Positions 46,801 to 59,057 of a stretch of DNA of 64,000 bases are shown piece by piece. Location: NCBI GenBank assembly GCA_004431415.1, contig QPMI01000648.1:62001-126000 (forward strand), read 5' to 3'. The stretch is from Cyanophora paradoxa CCMP329 (taxonomy: Eukaryota; Plantae; Glaucophyta). A model generated the notes under the pieces. The model was not told the origin of the DNA and made no database searches. It was given only the letters and a program-made list of their open reading frames with translations. Within the stretch, counting starts at the first letter, position 1, and every line of letters starts with the position of its first letter. The position numbers and the translations under genes are program-made.

Positions 46801-49800
46801 CACGCCTCACCCGCCCCCCGCCCCCGCCTCTAGCCGACGCGCGGGAGGAGGCGCCACGCGCCTCTCCTCCCCCGCCCCCGGCCCCTCGCCTCCAGCCGAC
46901 GCGCGCTGCGCCCCGCCCCCGCCTCCCCTCTGCCTCCCCCCCGCAGGCCGACGGCAGAGGAGGAGAAGCGGCTGCTGGAGCACGAGGGGGAGATGCGCGC
47001 CCTCGAGCGCCCCGACGCCTTCTACCGCGCCGTGCGCACACGCCCGCTCAAGACAAGCTGGCTAGATGCTAGATGCGAGATGGCTGCCCGATGGAAGCTG
47101 CTGCGCCCCGTGCTTCGTGCCCCCCAACGCACCCCTCTCGCCCCGTCTGAGGGCCCGCCCGCCACCTCCCGCGCAGGCGCTGGGGGTCCCGCGCATGAAG
47201 GAGAAGGTCGCGTGCTTCCGCCGCCTCGCCACTGGAGATAAGGGTCTAGGCCTCTATCTGAGCTCCACCTGATCTCCGTCTGAGCTCAGATCGCGTGCTT
47301 CCTCTACCTCGCCACGTTCGTCACCGAGCTGGCCACCATGCGCGCCGTCCGCCCTCTCTTTCCTTGCCTCTCGACTCGACTCGCTCCCGTCGCTCAGCGG
47401 CCGCAGGGCGCGCACCTCGTCACGAGCGCCTGCCACGAGGTCATGCAGAGGCGCGCCGGTTCCCGCCCCGCCGCCTTCCGCCCTTTACCTTCGCGCAGCG
47501 GGCGGCTTGCGCGGCTCTTCGAGCTGGTGCTGGCGTACGGCAACTACCTCAACCGGGGCACCGACAAGGGCAACACGCAGGCGCGCCCGCGCCCCCGCCC
47601 CCCTGGATCTTCGTGCACAGCAGCGAGCCCCCGAGCGCAGGGCTTCAAGGTGACGACGCTGCCGAAGCTGGTGGAGGCGAAGGCCGTCAACGCGAGCCGC
47701 GGCGTCAAGTCCCTCCTCCACCTCGTCGCCCTGGCGCGCGGGAAGACGGCCCCGCCAGCTTGCTAGAAGCCTAAGCCCAAGCCTAAGCTCAAGCTCAAGC
47801 GTGGGCCTAAGCTCAAGCTTAATTCTAAGCCTAAGCCCGATCATGAGCCTAAGCCCAAGCCCGAGCCCTAAGCTGACGTCCTCTCGGGGCGCAGGTGTGC
47901 CGGCGGGACATGCCGCTGGTGGCGGCGGTGCGGGAGGAGCTCCCCAGCCTCGCCGACGCCGTCCGTGGTGCGGTGCCCCAGGCTCGCCTCGCCTCGCCTC
48001 GCGTCCCCGTCTCTTACTCGGCCCCCGCCCCGCAGTGCCCGTGCAGACCCTCGGGGAGCAGGAGCAGGCGATGACCAAGGTCCCCCCGCCCGCCCGGCTC
48101 CGCCCGGTCGCCTTGCTGAAGGGCCGGCGGTGCGCAGGGGCTGGCGGACCTGCGGGAGGAGGCGGCCGCGTGCGCAACGGACGCCGACGCCGACATGTCC
48201 TGGGACGTCTCCGGTGCGCCCGCGCGGGGCGGGCCGGCGCGGGTCCCTCTCGTCTGCCCTCGCTCGCCCGCCCACGCCCTCCTCCCCCTCCCCGCCCGCA
48301 GGCCTCGCGCAGAGCTTCCGGCAGCAGCTCGTGGTGCGCTCGCCGCCCCCGGGTCGCGGGAGCCGATGCGAGGAAGCCGGTGCCGACTTTCGGCGCAGGA
48401 GTTCGTGCCTGCGTTCGAGGACCAGCTGGAGGCCGTCGCCGCCGAGCTCAAGCAGATGCGCGAGTCCCTCGCCGGCCTCTCCCGCTTCCTCGGCGAGGTC
48501 CGCCCCCCCCGCGTACCCCCCTCTCTGCTCTTCATTCTTCGTTCGCCGCTCCAGGACGAGCGGGCGACGCTGGACGAAACCATGGGCGTCCTCAACACGT
48601 TCCTCACCCAGTTCGAGGCGCGCGCGTACCCCCCGCGCGCTCCCCCTCCCCCCCGCTAGATCTAATTTGCTGCTGGCCGCAGACGTGCGTGGAGGAGCTG
48701 GGCAAGGCGGAGGCGGAGCGCGCGGCGAAGGCGCAGCGCGCCGCCCAGCGCGGCGGCGAGGGTCCGTACCCCCCTCTAAAGCCCCCCCCCCCCTCCCCCC
48801 CGAAATTTGATCTTTTTTCGCAGTGGAGGTGGACAACATCGAGCATCTGATCGCGGAGAAGCGGCACGCTCAGGTACCCCCCGCCCGCTCGAATCCATGT
48901 ACCCCCGGCCCACGCCGTCCCCGCGCAGGCGGTCGCGGGGGAGCCCGACGCCGTCGCCCTCGCTCTCGAGTACCAGTGCGCCTTTCCTGTACCCCCCCCC
49001 CCGTTGCCGCCCTGTACCCCCGCCCCTCCGGGCTGATCCCGCGCCGCAGGACCCTCATGGCGCAGCTGCTGCCGACCCCCCAGGTCCAGCATCCCGCGCC
49101 GGCCCGCGGAAAGCAGAGCTAGCCTCTGACTTCTCGCGCGCGCGCCAGGACCCGATGTCGGCGGTGGGTGCCGGCCTCCCAGGCGCTGCCAAGAGCAAGG
49201 GGACCGCCTCAAAGGTGCGGGGCGCCCCCGCTCGCGCCCGCGCCCGCGGCTCGCACCCGGGCCAGCTTCGTCTCACGCGCCCCGCCGGGCGCCCGCAGGG
49301 CAAGACCGCCGTCAAGCTGTGCGACGAGTGCGTCTTGTTTTGATCCCGAATCCTCTTCTAGAACCGTTAGCTGCTTTACACGGGACTCTTTTCAAAAGAC
49401 CCACTTTGACTGCCCTCTCATGAGCACCGACGCCTCAGGTGCGACCCGAACCTCTGCGACCGCTGCCGCAAGAACCTCCAGGCGCGCCGTACCCCCCCCC
49501 CCGGGAGACGGAATTGGATCCCGGCTGACGGATCGTTCCCCCGGGCAGTCGACGAAGGATCGCCTGGAGGAACTGAAAGAGCAGGTGGCGCGGGCCGGGC
49601 CGGGGGGCGGCGGGCCCCCGCCCGCCCCGGGCGGCCCGCCCCTGCGGCCCTCCCCGCCGCCCCGAGGGCGGGCCGCCCGCCCCGCCCCCGCCCCCGCCGC
49701 CCCGCCCCCCTTTGCGCTGGGCCTCCCCGGCGGCCCCACCCCGGCCGCCCCAAGGGCCCCGCCGCCGCCCCCGGCGCCGACGGCCGGCGCCGCGCCCCCC

Positions 49801-49869
49801 GCCCCGGCCGGGGGCGGATCCCTCGCGGACCAGCTGGCCGCTGCCCGCGCCCGCAAGGCCAAGGCCTGA
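43842..49869 (+). CDS. Formin (FH1 polyproline + FH2 domain) with WH2-like C-terminal helix
   Basis: Polyproline tracts at about 45300-45830. FH2 exons LRRVHWDRI, KKAQRIGIVLSRF, PTAEEEKRL, LARLFELVLAYGNYLNRGTDKGNTQGFKVTTLPKLVEAK, SLLHLVA and LSRFLGE. Ends SLADQLAAARARKAKA*. Confidence 0.9.
47765..47875. repeat. Degenerate hexamer microsatellite (AAGCCT/AAGCTC/AAGCCC) inside a formin intron
   Basis: Tandem AAGC-based hexamers, directly visible. Confidence 0.85.
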
Positions 49870-52096
49870 CCGCCCGCCTCCCTTAGCTTTCTGGGCCCGC
49901 TCCCGCCGGCCTCATCGATCCGGCCGTCTGCCGGCGTTCCCCTCCAATACCGATTCGTTACGCGTACGTGCATGCTTTCAGCTTTGCTTAACATCCGCAG
50001 CCCAGCAGTAGTAGTAGTGCATTGCAAGCCTGGTCGTGATCCCTTCAGCACGTGCATTTGCGCAGTGCGGTGCTCATACTATGATAGTCGATTGCCAATT
50101 TCTTCATGATCAGCTGCATTTTGTGTGCCGCCGTCCATATGCATTGGGTTCTATAGCCAGTGCATGAAATCAGCTTTCTCGTCATTTGTGAATTTCGAAT
50201 TGTGCTAAATCGATAGACTTCACGTATACGTGCATTTAGCTACATCGTGAGCGGTAGTGGTCATCAGCAGTATGATCATGTTCTTGACCAGATACACTTT
50301 GCATCGAAGTCGTGCACGTGAAAATCATGATCATGATCAAATTCGAAAGTCATGATCACATGCATATGTACAACTGCAAAACTATTATAATTATACGAAG
50401 TCATCGAATCAATATTAATCGGATCGCGAACGTAAATGTACCGTAGTACATGTGCTACGGATTCGAAAACCTACGATATATATCGATATCGACGACTTCG
50501 ATAAAACAAGCATGCAGCTGCAGCTGGCCATGGGAGCATTGGGAGCATTCGGAGCCTCAAGATCCTAAGGCCTCGGTTAACGTTGGGCTCGCGCGGGACG
50601 GCGCCGGCCGCCGCCGGGCTCCGATTGACATCAATCTTCGACGAATCGCACGATCCCCCCAATGCGGATCCGGCCGCATCCTGAATCCGGATCCAAAGCT
50701 GCGCGCGGCCTCGGGCTCATGACCTGAGGAAGGAGGGCTCCTCCCCGGCGACCTCGCACACCTCAGCCTGCGTATGGTAATTATAAGCTGAGCGCAAACT
50801 CGGATCATCGGATCAAATTGGAGTCCGCCGCCGAGTCGGCTTGGGCGCACCTCGAGCTCGTTCCAGATGTCGGCGAGGGCGGCGCCGGCGCCGGCGGATG
50901 CCCGGACTCGGCCGTCTCCGCGAACAGCACCTCGCCCGACGCGGAGGTCGCCTGCGCGCGCGGGAGGCCCGTCCACGTAAGCTAAAAAAGGCCTAGGCTA
51001 AAGACCTCAAGCTTAAGCTTTTATATGATCATGATTAGGTCCGGAGCGGCTGCGGCCCGGCGGGCTGAATACTTAAGCTTAAGCTAAGCTCAAGCTCAAG
51101 TCAAGCTTGGAGCAGGCTAAATGAATTCGAAACGCTTCAGCTTGATCACGATCCAGACGCGGCACTCGTGCACGCGCGCGCCGCGGCGGGCGCACTGCGG
51201 CACGCTGGCGATGGCGAAGAGGTCATGATCAGCGTCCTCCGAGGCTCCGCAGGCTCGCCGGAGCGCGCGGAGGTCTGCATGGCGCAGGAGAGCTCGCCCG
51301 CCTCTGCGCCCTCGGCGCCCTCGGCGGCCTCGAGCTCGATAAAAATCTGCGAGCCCTTCCGCTCAGGCATAAACTGCGCGCGCGAGCAAATTTAATGCAT
51401 CCATGAGCAGCGTGACACATGCACAGCCCGAAAATTAAAGCTTGGGTTGGCAAGTGGCTCGATCCGATGATCAGAATCGAGCTCGCGGCACGCGCGCACC
51501 CCGCCATAGGACAGCTCGTCCGGATCCGTCTCGACGTCCTCCGTCGCGTCGGCGCGCGCGCCCTTGCGCTCGAGCATGAACTGCGCGAGCACACGCGTAC
51601 GTACACGCGATACACGTGGTACGCGCGCGGTCAGCGCAACGTCAACAGCTCCAAACGAAGGCAGGCGGCTCTGGATTCGAACCGTTTGAACGCACCCCGC
51701 CGCATGCCTAGGATCCGGAGAGCTCGTCGGTTTCAATATCCTCCGTCGCGTCGGCACGCGCGCCCTTGCGTTCGAGGCTTCGAGCTCGAGTCGAGCCAAA
51801 CTAATTATAATTATAACTTCGGCGATGCATATGATATGAGCTCGAGCGCTCTAGGAGAACTCCGATGTGGGATCAACAATTTGATCTCCGCGGCCGGCTA
51901 ACGGCCGCGGATCCGGATCGATATCCGGATTCCGGCTCGAATTTCCGGAACTCTAGATCTGGGTCCGGCGAAGAGGATATCGATGCACCCCGCTAGGGCT
52001 CGTCCCCCTCCTCTCGGGGGTACTTCGTGTGTACGGATAAGGCCGACGCGCGCGCGGGGCCGGCAGCCTAGGTCTCTGCCGCCGCCATTTTCTGAG

Positions 52097-54311
52097 ATGG
52101 AGCCGCCGGCGAAGCGCGCGAGGGGTGAGGAGTGCGTGCTCGAGCAGCTGTCGGACGCCGCGCTGGCCGTCGCGCTCGCTGGCCTCGACGTGAACGACGC
52201 CTGGCGCCTGCGCGGTGTCTCCCGCCGGCTCAAGGCGCGCCCGCCGCCTGCCACTACTCGCCTCCCGCGTGGAGAACGGACAGTGACGCCGCCGCGCAGC
52301 GGATCGTGGAGGAGAAGGAGTGGGCGCGCGTGCGGATGGAGGCGGCGCGCCCGGCCCGCCTGAAGAAGCTGGCGGCGCTGCTCCGCGACGGCTCCATGAA
52401 GCTCGACGCCGGCGCGCGGCTGGAGCTCGCGCTCGGGCACGCCGACGACGAGAAGGAGCTCCGCCGCGCCGCCGCCTCCGTCCTCGGCGCCGCCGCGCCC
52501 TTCGGCATCGCAGGGGCGGCCCTCGAGGCGCCCATGCCGCTGGAGAGCACCTTCCAGGCCGCGCTCGACGCCCTCGCCCCGGCCGCCGCCTCCCTCCGCT
52601 CCCTCTCCGTCCTCGACACGCGCCCCGCCGCCTCCGCCCGGCCCTGGGAGGCGCGCGCGCGCGCGCCGCCCCCGCAGGCGACCCCACCGCCGCCCCCGCC
52701 TCCGCGCTGAGACGCGCCGCCGCCGCCGCAGCCGGACGGGACGTACCTGAAGGCGCGCCTGTCGCGCTTCGGGGCGCTGGAGGAGCTGCGCCTCCCGCAC
52801 GCCCGCCTCTCCGAGCGCGGCGCCGAGAGCCTCGCCGCCGCCTGCCCCAAGCGCGTTCCCCCCATCCAGCCCGCCCGCCCCCCTTCGAGTCCTACCAAAT
52901 CTGCCGCCCCCGGGTCCCCGCTGACGCCCCGCGCAGGCTGCGACGCGCGTCGCTCGCGTTCGTGAAAGCGGCCGCCGCCGGGCCTCTCGGGCGTCTCTCG
53001 GGCCTCGAGGAGGTGGGTGCGGGAGGGTGCGAGGGGGGAGCGCCGCGGGGGTACGCGCCGACGCGCTTTCGCCGCAGCTGGAGGCCACCCTCGGGGACGA
53101 CGCAGGGCCCGCCCTGGAGCCCCTCGCCTCCGGGCCCGCCGCCTCCTCCCTCCGCGCCCTCCGCCTCCGCGGCCCGTGCGCCACCCCCCGCCACCTCGCA
53201 ACCCCGTACCCCTCTACCCCTGCCTGGGCTGACCTCGGCCACCCGTCCCGTGGCAGGCCGGAGGGGCCGCAGGCGCTGGACGGGAGGGCCCTGCAGGCGA
53301 TCGGGCGCCTCTCGGCCCTCGAGACTCTCGAGCTCTCCGGCCTCTGGACCGTGCGTCCGTACCCCCCACGCCCCCGTGATAGTCCCCGTACCCCCGTCCC
53401 CCTCGAAGGCCCAAGCAGGTGTCCCGCGGGGTGTCCCCTGTGGATCTGGCGTCGATCGGAGTACCCCCCAAGCTTGCGTCCCTTTGCCTGCATCTCGGAT
53501 TCGCGGACCCGCCTCAGGCCCGCCCCCGCCTCTTCTCCCCCCGGCCCCCCTCCTCCCCCCCACCTCACGCCCCCAACACACAATCCGCATCCCACACATC
53601 CCCTCTTCGCTTATGCTCAACTCAGATTTCGGCCCTCGCGAGCGCCATTCGCACCGCCCCGGCCCTCCAATCTCTTGACCTGCTCCTCCGTACCCTGGCC
53701 CCCGCGGCGCCCAGCTGCAGCTCCTCGCCCTCCCCGCGACGCTGATGCTGTACCCCTTCCCTCAGTCCCCGGCTTCGGGTCCCAGGAAGACGTCCAGGCC
53801 CGCAGCGCCCCATACCCCCCCCCCCCCGCCCCCCAACCCCACTCATTCGACTGCACCCCCCACCCCGCAGGCGGCGCTGCGCGAGGTGGCCTCGGCGCGC
53901 CCCGCGGCCCTCCGGCGCCTCGCGCTGCACTCCTGCCCGCCCCTTTCCCCCAATCTCGCTCAGGTACCCCCGGGCCCCCCCGCCCTCCCTTCCCCCACAC
54001 CCCTCCCTCCCCCACGCTCATATGAGCCCCGCGAGGCCATCGCGGCGTGCCGCCACCTCTCCGCCCTCGAGCTCGAGGCCCGCCTCGCCTCCGAGGAGGG
54101 CCTCGAGGGGTACGCCGCCCTCGCCTCACTCCCCGCGGCCGTGCGTGCAGCCCGTCCCCCCTCTCCTCTTCTTTTTCATCCACGCTCCTCACGCACGCAC
54201 GGCCAGCGGGTGCGGGTGTCGGTGGCGTGTTTGGGGGGCGGACCGCTGCGGGCGGCGGCTCGGGGGCGCCTCACCACCCTCCTCCCGCGCGCTTTAGTCC
54301 TTGTTCCCTAA
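52097..54311 (+). CDS. F-box-like protein with degenerate LRRs (same family as 20466-23155)
   Basis: MEPPAKRARGEECVLEQLSDAALAVALAGLDVNDAWRLRGVSRRLK|RIVEEKEW parallels SWRLRAVC|RRWRRVVQETEW. LRR-like units FGALEELRL, LSGLEE, LSALETLELSG and CRHLSALEL. Confidence 0.75.
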
Positions 54312-54792
54312 GAGATCCGGATCCCAATTGAAGCAATTATAATTGATTGTCTTGATTGCCCCTGGCCCCCTGGCTTTGTATCATAGTATCGATATTATAT
54401 CGATATCGTTTCAAACTCTAGATCTTGTGATCTGGCGCCGCGCAGTGGCGCGCGTTCGAAATTCGAATTCGAAAGATTAAACAGTAGAAACCGTGACGTC
54501 GCCCAGCACGCGTATAATAGCCGTATATACAGATCATGTGACAGATGTTTTGCCAGGCTCCTATATGTGTACATGTCCCTCGAGCTCGGTCGCTGAGATA
54601 GATCTAGTCTCTCTCAATCACCTTGATCATGAGGGGCAAGTGTCACTGGCAGTAGAATTCGAAACAGACGCCGCCAGCTGCAGCGCCGGCCGATATATAT
54701 CGCCGCCATAATTATTATAGGCTATATATCGGTGGCGTGCCACGGGCGCCCGGCCACGGCCCACGGCGTGGCAGTGACGGTGGCACTACGTA

Positions 54793-55133
54793 CTGTAATT
54801 CGGGTAATATTTAAGACCCCAAAATAATTAGTAATCCCGGGGTTTGGTCGGTTTAGTAGGCTGAAAATAATTAAGAGATAGCCGCGCGGAGCGCTTTAGT
54901 AGCGGCCTTTGGAAGGGGGTGGGCGCGCCAGGGGGTCTTGATCTGTTGGAGAGTCCGGAAGCCCCCTCGCACTATAGCTAGCTTCTCCCGCGCGCACTGC
55001 AACTTTGGCTGCGCGCGCGGGCTACGTACCCCCCCTCGCACCTCGGTTTAGTATACGATAAAACTTTAGTACTCAGGCCTCAAAACTTTGGTACTATAAA
55101 GATCCAGTATACTAAATATTTCCCGACTTACAG
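54793..55133. mobile_element. MITE A, Tc1/mariner-type, 341 bp
   Basis: 21-bp TIR: CTGTAATTCGGGTAATATTTA versus reverse complement of the right end CTGTAAGTCGGGAAATATTTA (2 mismatches). TA on both sides. Confidence 0.88.
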
Positions 55134-55141
55134 TAGTACTA

Positions 55142-55369
55142 CTGTAGATCCACAAAGTTATATTAGGCGTCGCTTTTCATAGACGTTTGCCCACCCGTCG
55201 TGATAGACGTTCACAATTGCAAAGATAGACGAGCTGCGGGTCGCTCCATACAAGCGTTACTATGGCATACCCCCTTCAGGGACAGTTAGACGGGGATTAA
55301 GTTAGACGAATGGGTGAACTCGTCTATCCGCGCCTAACTTTGTCGGCGCCTAACTTTGTGGATTGACAG
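55142..55369. mobile_element. MITE B, Tc1/mariner-type, 228 bp
   Basis: TIR CTGTAGATCCACAAAGTTA versus CTGTCAATCCACAAAGTTA. TA on both sides. Internal TAGACG and GCGCCTAACTTTGT repeats. Confidence 0.88.
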
Positions 55370-55514
55370 TATAGCGCTTGGGGAAGTTGGGCGTTAACGT
55401 TAGTACTGTAGTAGTACTGTACAGTACCCAGGGTAGTACTGGCTTAATTGCCGCGTAGTTAATGCTTAAATGCTTAAATTGCCGCGTAGTTAAATTCTTA
55501 AATGCTTAAATGTA

Positions 55515-55707
55515 CTGTAGGAATGCTTAAATTGTGGCGATAAATTGCCGAAACTCTGGACTTCTTCTATGGCGCATTATACAAAGCTGCCGTTTAGCCC
55601 CTACCCCCTGAGAATTGCCGCGGCTCTAAATTGCCGAATTCGGCGTCTCGGCAATATACCGTTATATACGGCAATTTAAAACATCGGCTAAAAAGGCAAT
55701 CCTACAG
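55515..55707. mobile_element. MITE C, Tc1/mariner-type, 193 bp
   Basis: TIR CTGTAGGAATGCTT versus CTGTAGGATTGCCT. TA on both sides. Internal AATTGCCG repeats. A second partial copy lies at 57383-57500. Confidence 0.82.
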
Positions 55708-56499
55708 TACTAGTAGTAGTCTAGTACTGATATCGTTGAGTTCGACGTTCTGGGCTTTGACTCGTTTGAGGCCCGGGCCAATCCAAACATACATTCGAAA
55801 AAGCCTGCGATTCCATTGGGCAGAAAGCGAAAGTGTGTAAAGCCAATCGTTGACATGTACGGCACCAACATTGACTCTCAGAGCCTGCAATTGCAATGTG
55901 TGACATTGATAGTAATTTCAACTTAACTGGTAATAATGGGCCGTCGCACACATTCAAGATTGCGACGTCACACGTGCACATTGCAGAGTCAATCCAGACT
56001 CGCATTGCAGAGTCTAAGCCAATGATCATCGGATGTGACGGGCACATTAATATATATGCATATGTCGGTACCATACTATTGTGATAATGGTATACGTATA
56101 TCACGGGACATATATGAGAAAGTGTTTTTTAACGATACGACGGCTCAGGATCGTGCCGGTTCGATTAATTTATAAGAATATATATTCCGGTTCAATTTTA
56201 CTGAATTTGTTATTCGACAGACAAATATATATCATGAGTAAATATATTTACAATTTTATGATGTCAATTGATGTATATATCAGTTAATATATCGTCTAAT
56301 GAATTTGACAAGCCGTCGTTGAAGGCTTGAACTTAGCCTTGAAGCCGAGAAAACGCAAAAAATGAAATGCACCAATGAAGTAAGATAAATTCGCAAAAAA
56401 ATGAAATGCACAAATCGTGTGGTGGTGTTCTAGAAAACGTTTGCAACGGTCAACTCCATCGACCATGCATCGCCGGTCCATCGGGCATGGCCGGCCCAG

Positions 56500-56553
56500 T
56501 ATTTTCCTGTTCTACGGCCGGAAATTAGGGGATCATTTTTCTGTTCTACGGTA
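56500..56553. mobile_element. Orphan terminus of another TA-flanked DNA transposon (CCGTAGAACAG.AAA present twice on the minus strand)
   Basis: TTTT(C)CTGTTCTACGG is duplicated and followed by TA. It has the same CCGTAGA start as MITE D. No partner end was found in the window. Confidence 0.45.
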
Positions 56554-56727
56554 GTACGTACAGTATCGTACTGCACTGGCGCCGGCCCGAACAGAGGCCT
56601 CTACCAATCACTGCTTTGCGTAACAAAAACACGAAAACCGAACGCACAAATCGCACGCGCGCTAACACGTTTGGTTGGCATTGCCCCATTGGCAGCATGT
56701 GCCTGTATCAAAAAAACCGATGCGAAA

Positions 56728-56847
56728 AAGACTTCAACCAGTCAGACGATCGCGAGTGCAAATTCACTGCAGAACCACTGGAAAGTTAAAGAGTCGAAAG
56801 TAAGACTTCAACCAGTCAGATGAGTGCAAATTCACTGCAGAACCACT
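56728..56847. repeat. Imperfect direct repeat, two copies of about 45-50 bp
   Basis: AAGACTTCAACCAGTCAGA...GAGTGCAAATTCACTGCAGAACCACT at 56728-56779 and 56802-56847. Confidence 0.85.
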
Positions 56848-57066
56848 CGAAACTCGAGAGCTCGAGTCGAGTCACTCAGGAGTCAGGAGTGACTCAGTAC
56901 CGGTACCGTACTACGGTAGGGTCCGTACCGGACCGTACCGGTCCGTACGTTCTAATTTGCTACAATACCGTAGTACGTAATTAATATTTATAAACCGTCG
57001 CGGGCCGGGCCGGCCGCGGGCGGCGCAGTCTCGCCGCCGAGTCGCCGGCAGACTACTAGTTGACTA

Positions 57067-57296
57067 CCGTAGACGACTTAAATACCGCGCCACATATTAC
57101 CGCGTTCTAAAATTTCGGCGCCGGTATGCGCTTTACCGCGCTACCAAATTACCGCGTTCCATCGTCTTCGAAAATGTATTATTTGTTAGCAAAGGGGGTA
57201 ATACTGCGCTACCAAATTACTGCGTTCTAAAAATTTTGAGCGCGGTAATTTGGCAGCGCGGTATTTAAGTCAGCGCGGTATATAAGTCGTCTACGG
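57067..57296. mobile_element. MITE D, Tc1/mariner (pogo-like), 230 bp
   Basis: 24-bp TIR CCGTAGACGACTTAAATACCGCGC versus CCGTAGACGACTTATATACCGCGC (1 mismatch). TA on both sides. Internal TACCGCG repeats in both orientations. Confidence 0.92.
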
Positions 57297-57382
57297 TAGT
57301 AGTAGTACTCCGGCATTAGTATTACTAAGTTCCGCCGGGACCGGCCGGGTACCGTAGCTACGGTACTCCTAGTAGTCTACTA

Positions 57383-57500
57383 CTGCAGAACTAGTACGCC
57401 GTGGCTTAAAATTGCCGAATTCGGTCTCTCGGCAATATTTATAATAATATACGGCAATTCAAAACATCGGCTAAAAAAAGCCGTGAAAGCATTCCTACAG
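57383..57500. mobile_element. Partial second copy of MITE C (right half)
   Basis: AAATTGCCGAATTCGG...CGGCAAT..AAAACATCGGCTAAAAA aligns with 55628-55694. Ends AAGCATTCCTACAG|TA, an exact reverse complement of the MITE C left TIR. Confidence 0.8.
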
Positions 57501-57647
57501 TACTAGGCTATAGACTATATAGCGTCCGAGTGTCGGACACTGTCGACTCGGCGACGTCGGTGCAGCATCATGATGAATGCCATGATGCGGTGAATCGCCG
57601 CCAGTGATGCGGACCGTGGTGGCATCACTGGCATGCCTTATCATAGT

Positions 57648-58028
57648 TAGGGTTGCGCTTTACTTTTACCGGTAAACCGAGGTATTACCTTTACTCGGTA
57701 ATACTCGTACCTTACTCGGACCCCGACCGAGTAATACTCGAGTAAATAAGAGGGGGTACACCGCTGCAGACACGTCAGGGGGGAGGGGCAGGCTCTAGCA
57801 GCGCGGGGAGCGCAGTTTGGCGCATATAGCGTTGATCAGCTATCGATTCAGAAGCTTTCCAGCCGGGTTGCGCTGGCTCACGTCGCAGGACATGCCTCCG
57901 CCTCAGCTCGAGCTCAGTGGACCGGGGGGGGAGGAGCGGTGTTTACTCGGTAATACTCGGGGTAATACTTTCAGTACTTTACCCTTACTCGGCCCGGACG
58001 GGGTATTACCGGAGTAAGCCCAACCCTA
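57648..58028. mobile_element. hAT-type MITE, 381 bp
   Basis: TIR TAGGGTTGCGCTT versus TAGGGTTGGGCTT. Perfect 8-bp TSD ATCATAGT at 57640-57647 and 58029-58036. Subterminal TACTCGG repeats. Confidence 0.93.
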
Positions 58029-58408
58029 ATCATAGTATAATGATCGGGCCCGGGGGATCGGGGGATTCGGGGCCTCGGACTCGGCTCGGAGTCGGATGAC
58101 TCGGATCCGGAGCAGCAGGTACTGAGTAGCCTGCTTGCAGGTAGGTATAGCCGCTGAGCGCTAGCTCGAGAGTGATCATCAATTTTCATCGCTGCATTTT
58201 CATCAATTTGCGAACTTGGAACTTGGAAGGGCGCGCGTGGCGCCGCGCGCGTGCAGCGGTGTACTAGCCTAGTAGTAGTCCCTGAGGGCGCCGCTACCGG
58301 TAGCGCTGAGCGAGCAGCTGCAGATCCTGAGATCGGCGATCGCCCGCGGCCGATCGCATCTACGTGCACTGCTGCCACATCCCGGTCCCGTCGTCCACAT
58401 CGGCCTCG

Positions 58409-59057
58409 ATGGCCAGCACGGCGTCGAAGTCGACCAGCAGGCGCGTCGAGCTGCCCCGTATCGACGCGGCCTTCGCGAGAGTCGCATCCACGTCGGCGTC
58501 GCCGTTCCCGGTGCGCTCGGGCTCGGCGCGGCGCCCGCGGCCGCTCACTGAGTCACGTCGCACTGCCCGCCGCGCAATGCTCACCCCGCGTGCGCGTCTG
58601 TGCAGGTGCCCCGTCCCCCGAGCTCGAGCGCGGCGATGCAGATGAGCATAACGCGGCCGCCCTCGCCCCTCGAATCGGACGGAGCCGACGTCCTCTCCGG
58701 CGACAGCGAGAGCGATGAGATGGACGACGCGTGCTCCGTCCTGAGCGACGACCGGACGGCCCCGCGCAGGCGGCGGTTGCGGACCCTGGCCCCCGACCGC
58801 GGGCCGCGCCTCAGCGCCCGCAGCGACCCGACCAGCTCCTCCCCCGCCTTCGCCTTCCCCCGGCGGCCGACGGCGACCGCCGACGAGCTCTCCTCCTGCA
58901 GGGGCGCCGAGGCCGCGCCGGCGCACTCCCTCTCCCGGCCCCGCTCCTGCCCCGACGTCAGCCTCGCCGGCCCCGAGGCCGCTCCCGCCCGCCCGCCAGT
59001 CGCGAGCTGCAGCGCCGACTGCGCACAGCCGCCCACCGCCGAGCCGGACGCCGGCCG
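58409..59057 (+). pseudogene. 5' part of a host gene (Ser/Pro-rich N-terminus) interrupted by the Polinton-like element
   Basis: ATG at 58409 (MASTASKSTSRRVELP), one GT-AG intron (about 58511-58605), then a GC-rich exon VPRPPSSSAAMQMSITRPPSPLESDG...AEPDAGR that runs straight into AT-rich foreign DNA with no stop or donor. Confidence 0.7.

Noticed and set aside
50450-51900. Possible minus-strand gene with repeated QFM(L/P)ERKG peptides
   Set aside because: No consistent exon chain or recognisable domain could be built. It may be a decayed gene.
185-54331. Hundreds of long Arg/Pro/Gly/Ala-rich ORFs in the supplied track
   Set aside because: Shadow frames caused by very high GC and read-through of stop-free introns. 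The real proteins only appear after splicing.
55710-56490. Transposase remnant next to the orphan TIR
   Set aside because: No DDE/DDD or HTH motif is recognisable in the short ORFs or frames examined. A profile search would be needed.
56912-56972. Additional mini-MITE with CGGTA ends
   Set aside because: Only about 5 bp of inverted match inside the TA pair. Better explained as footprint-like remnants.
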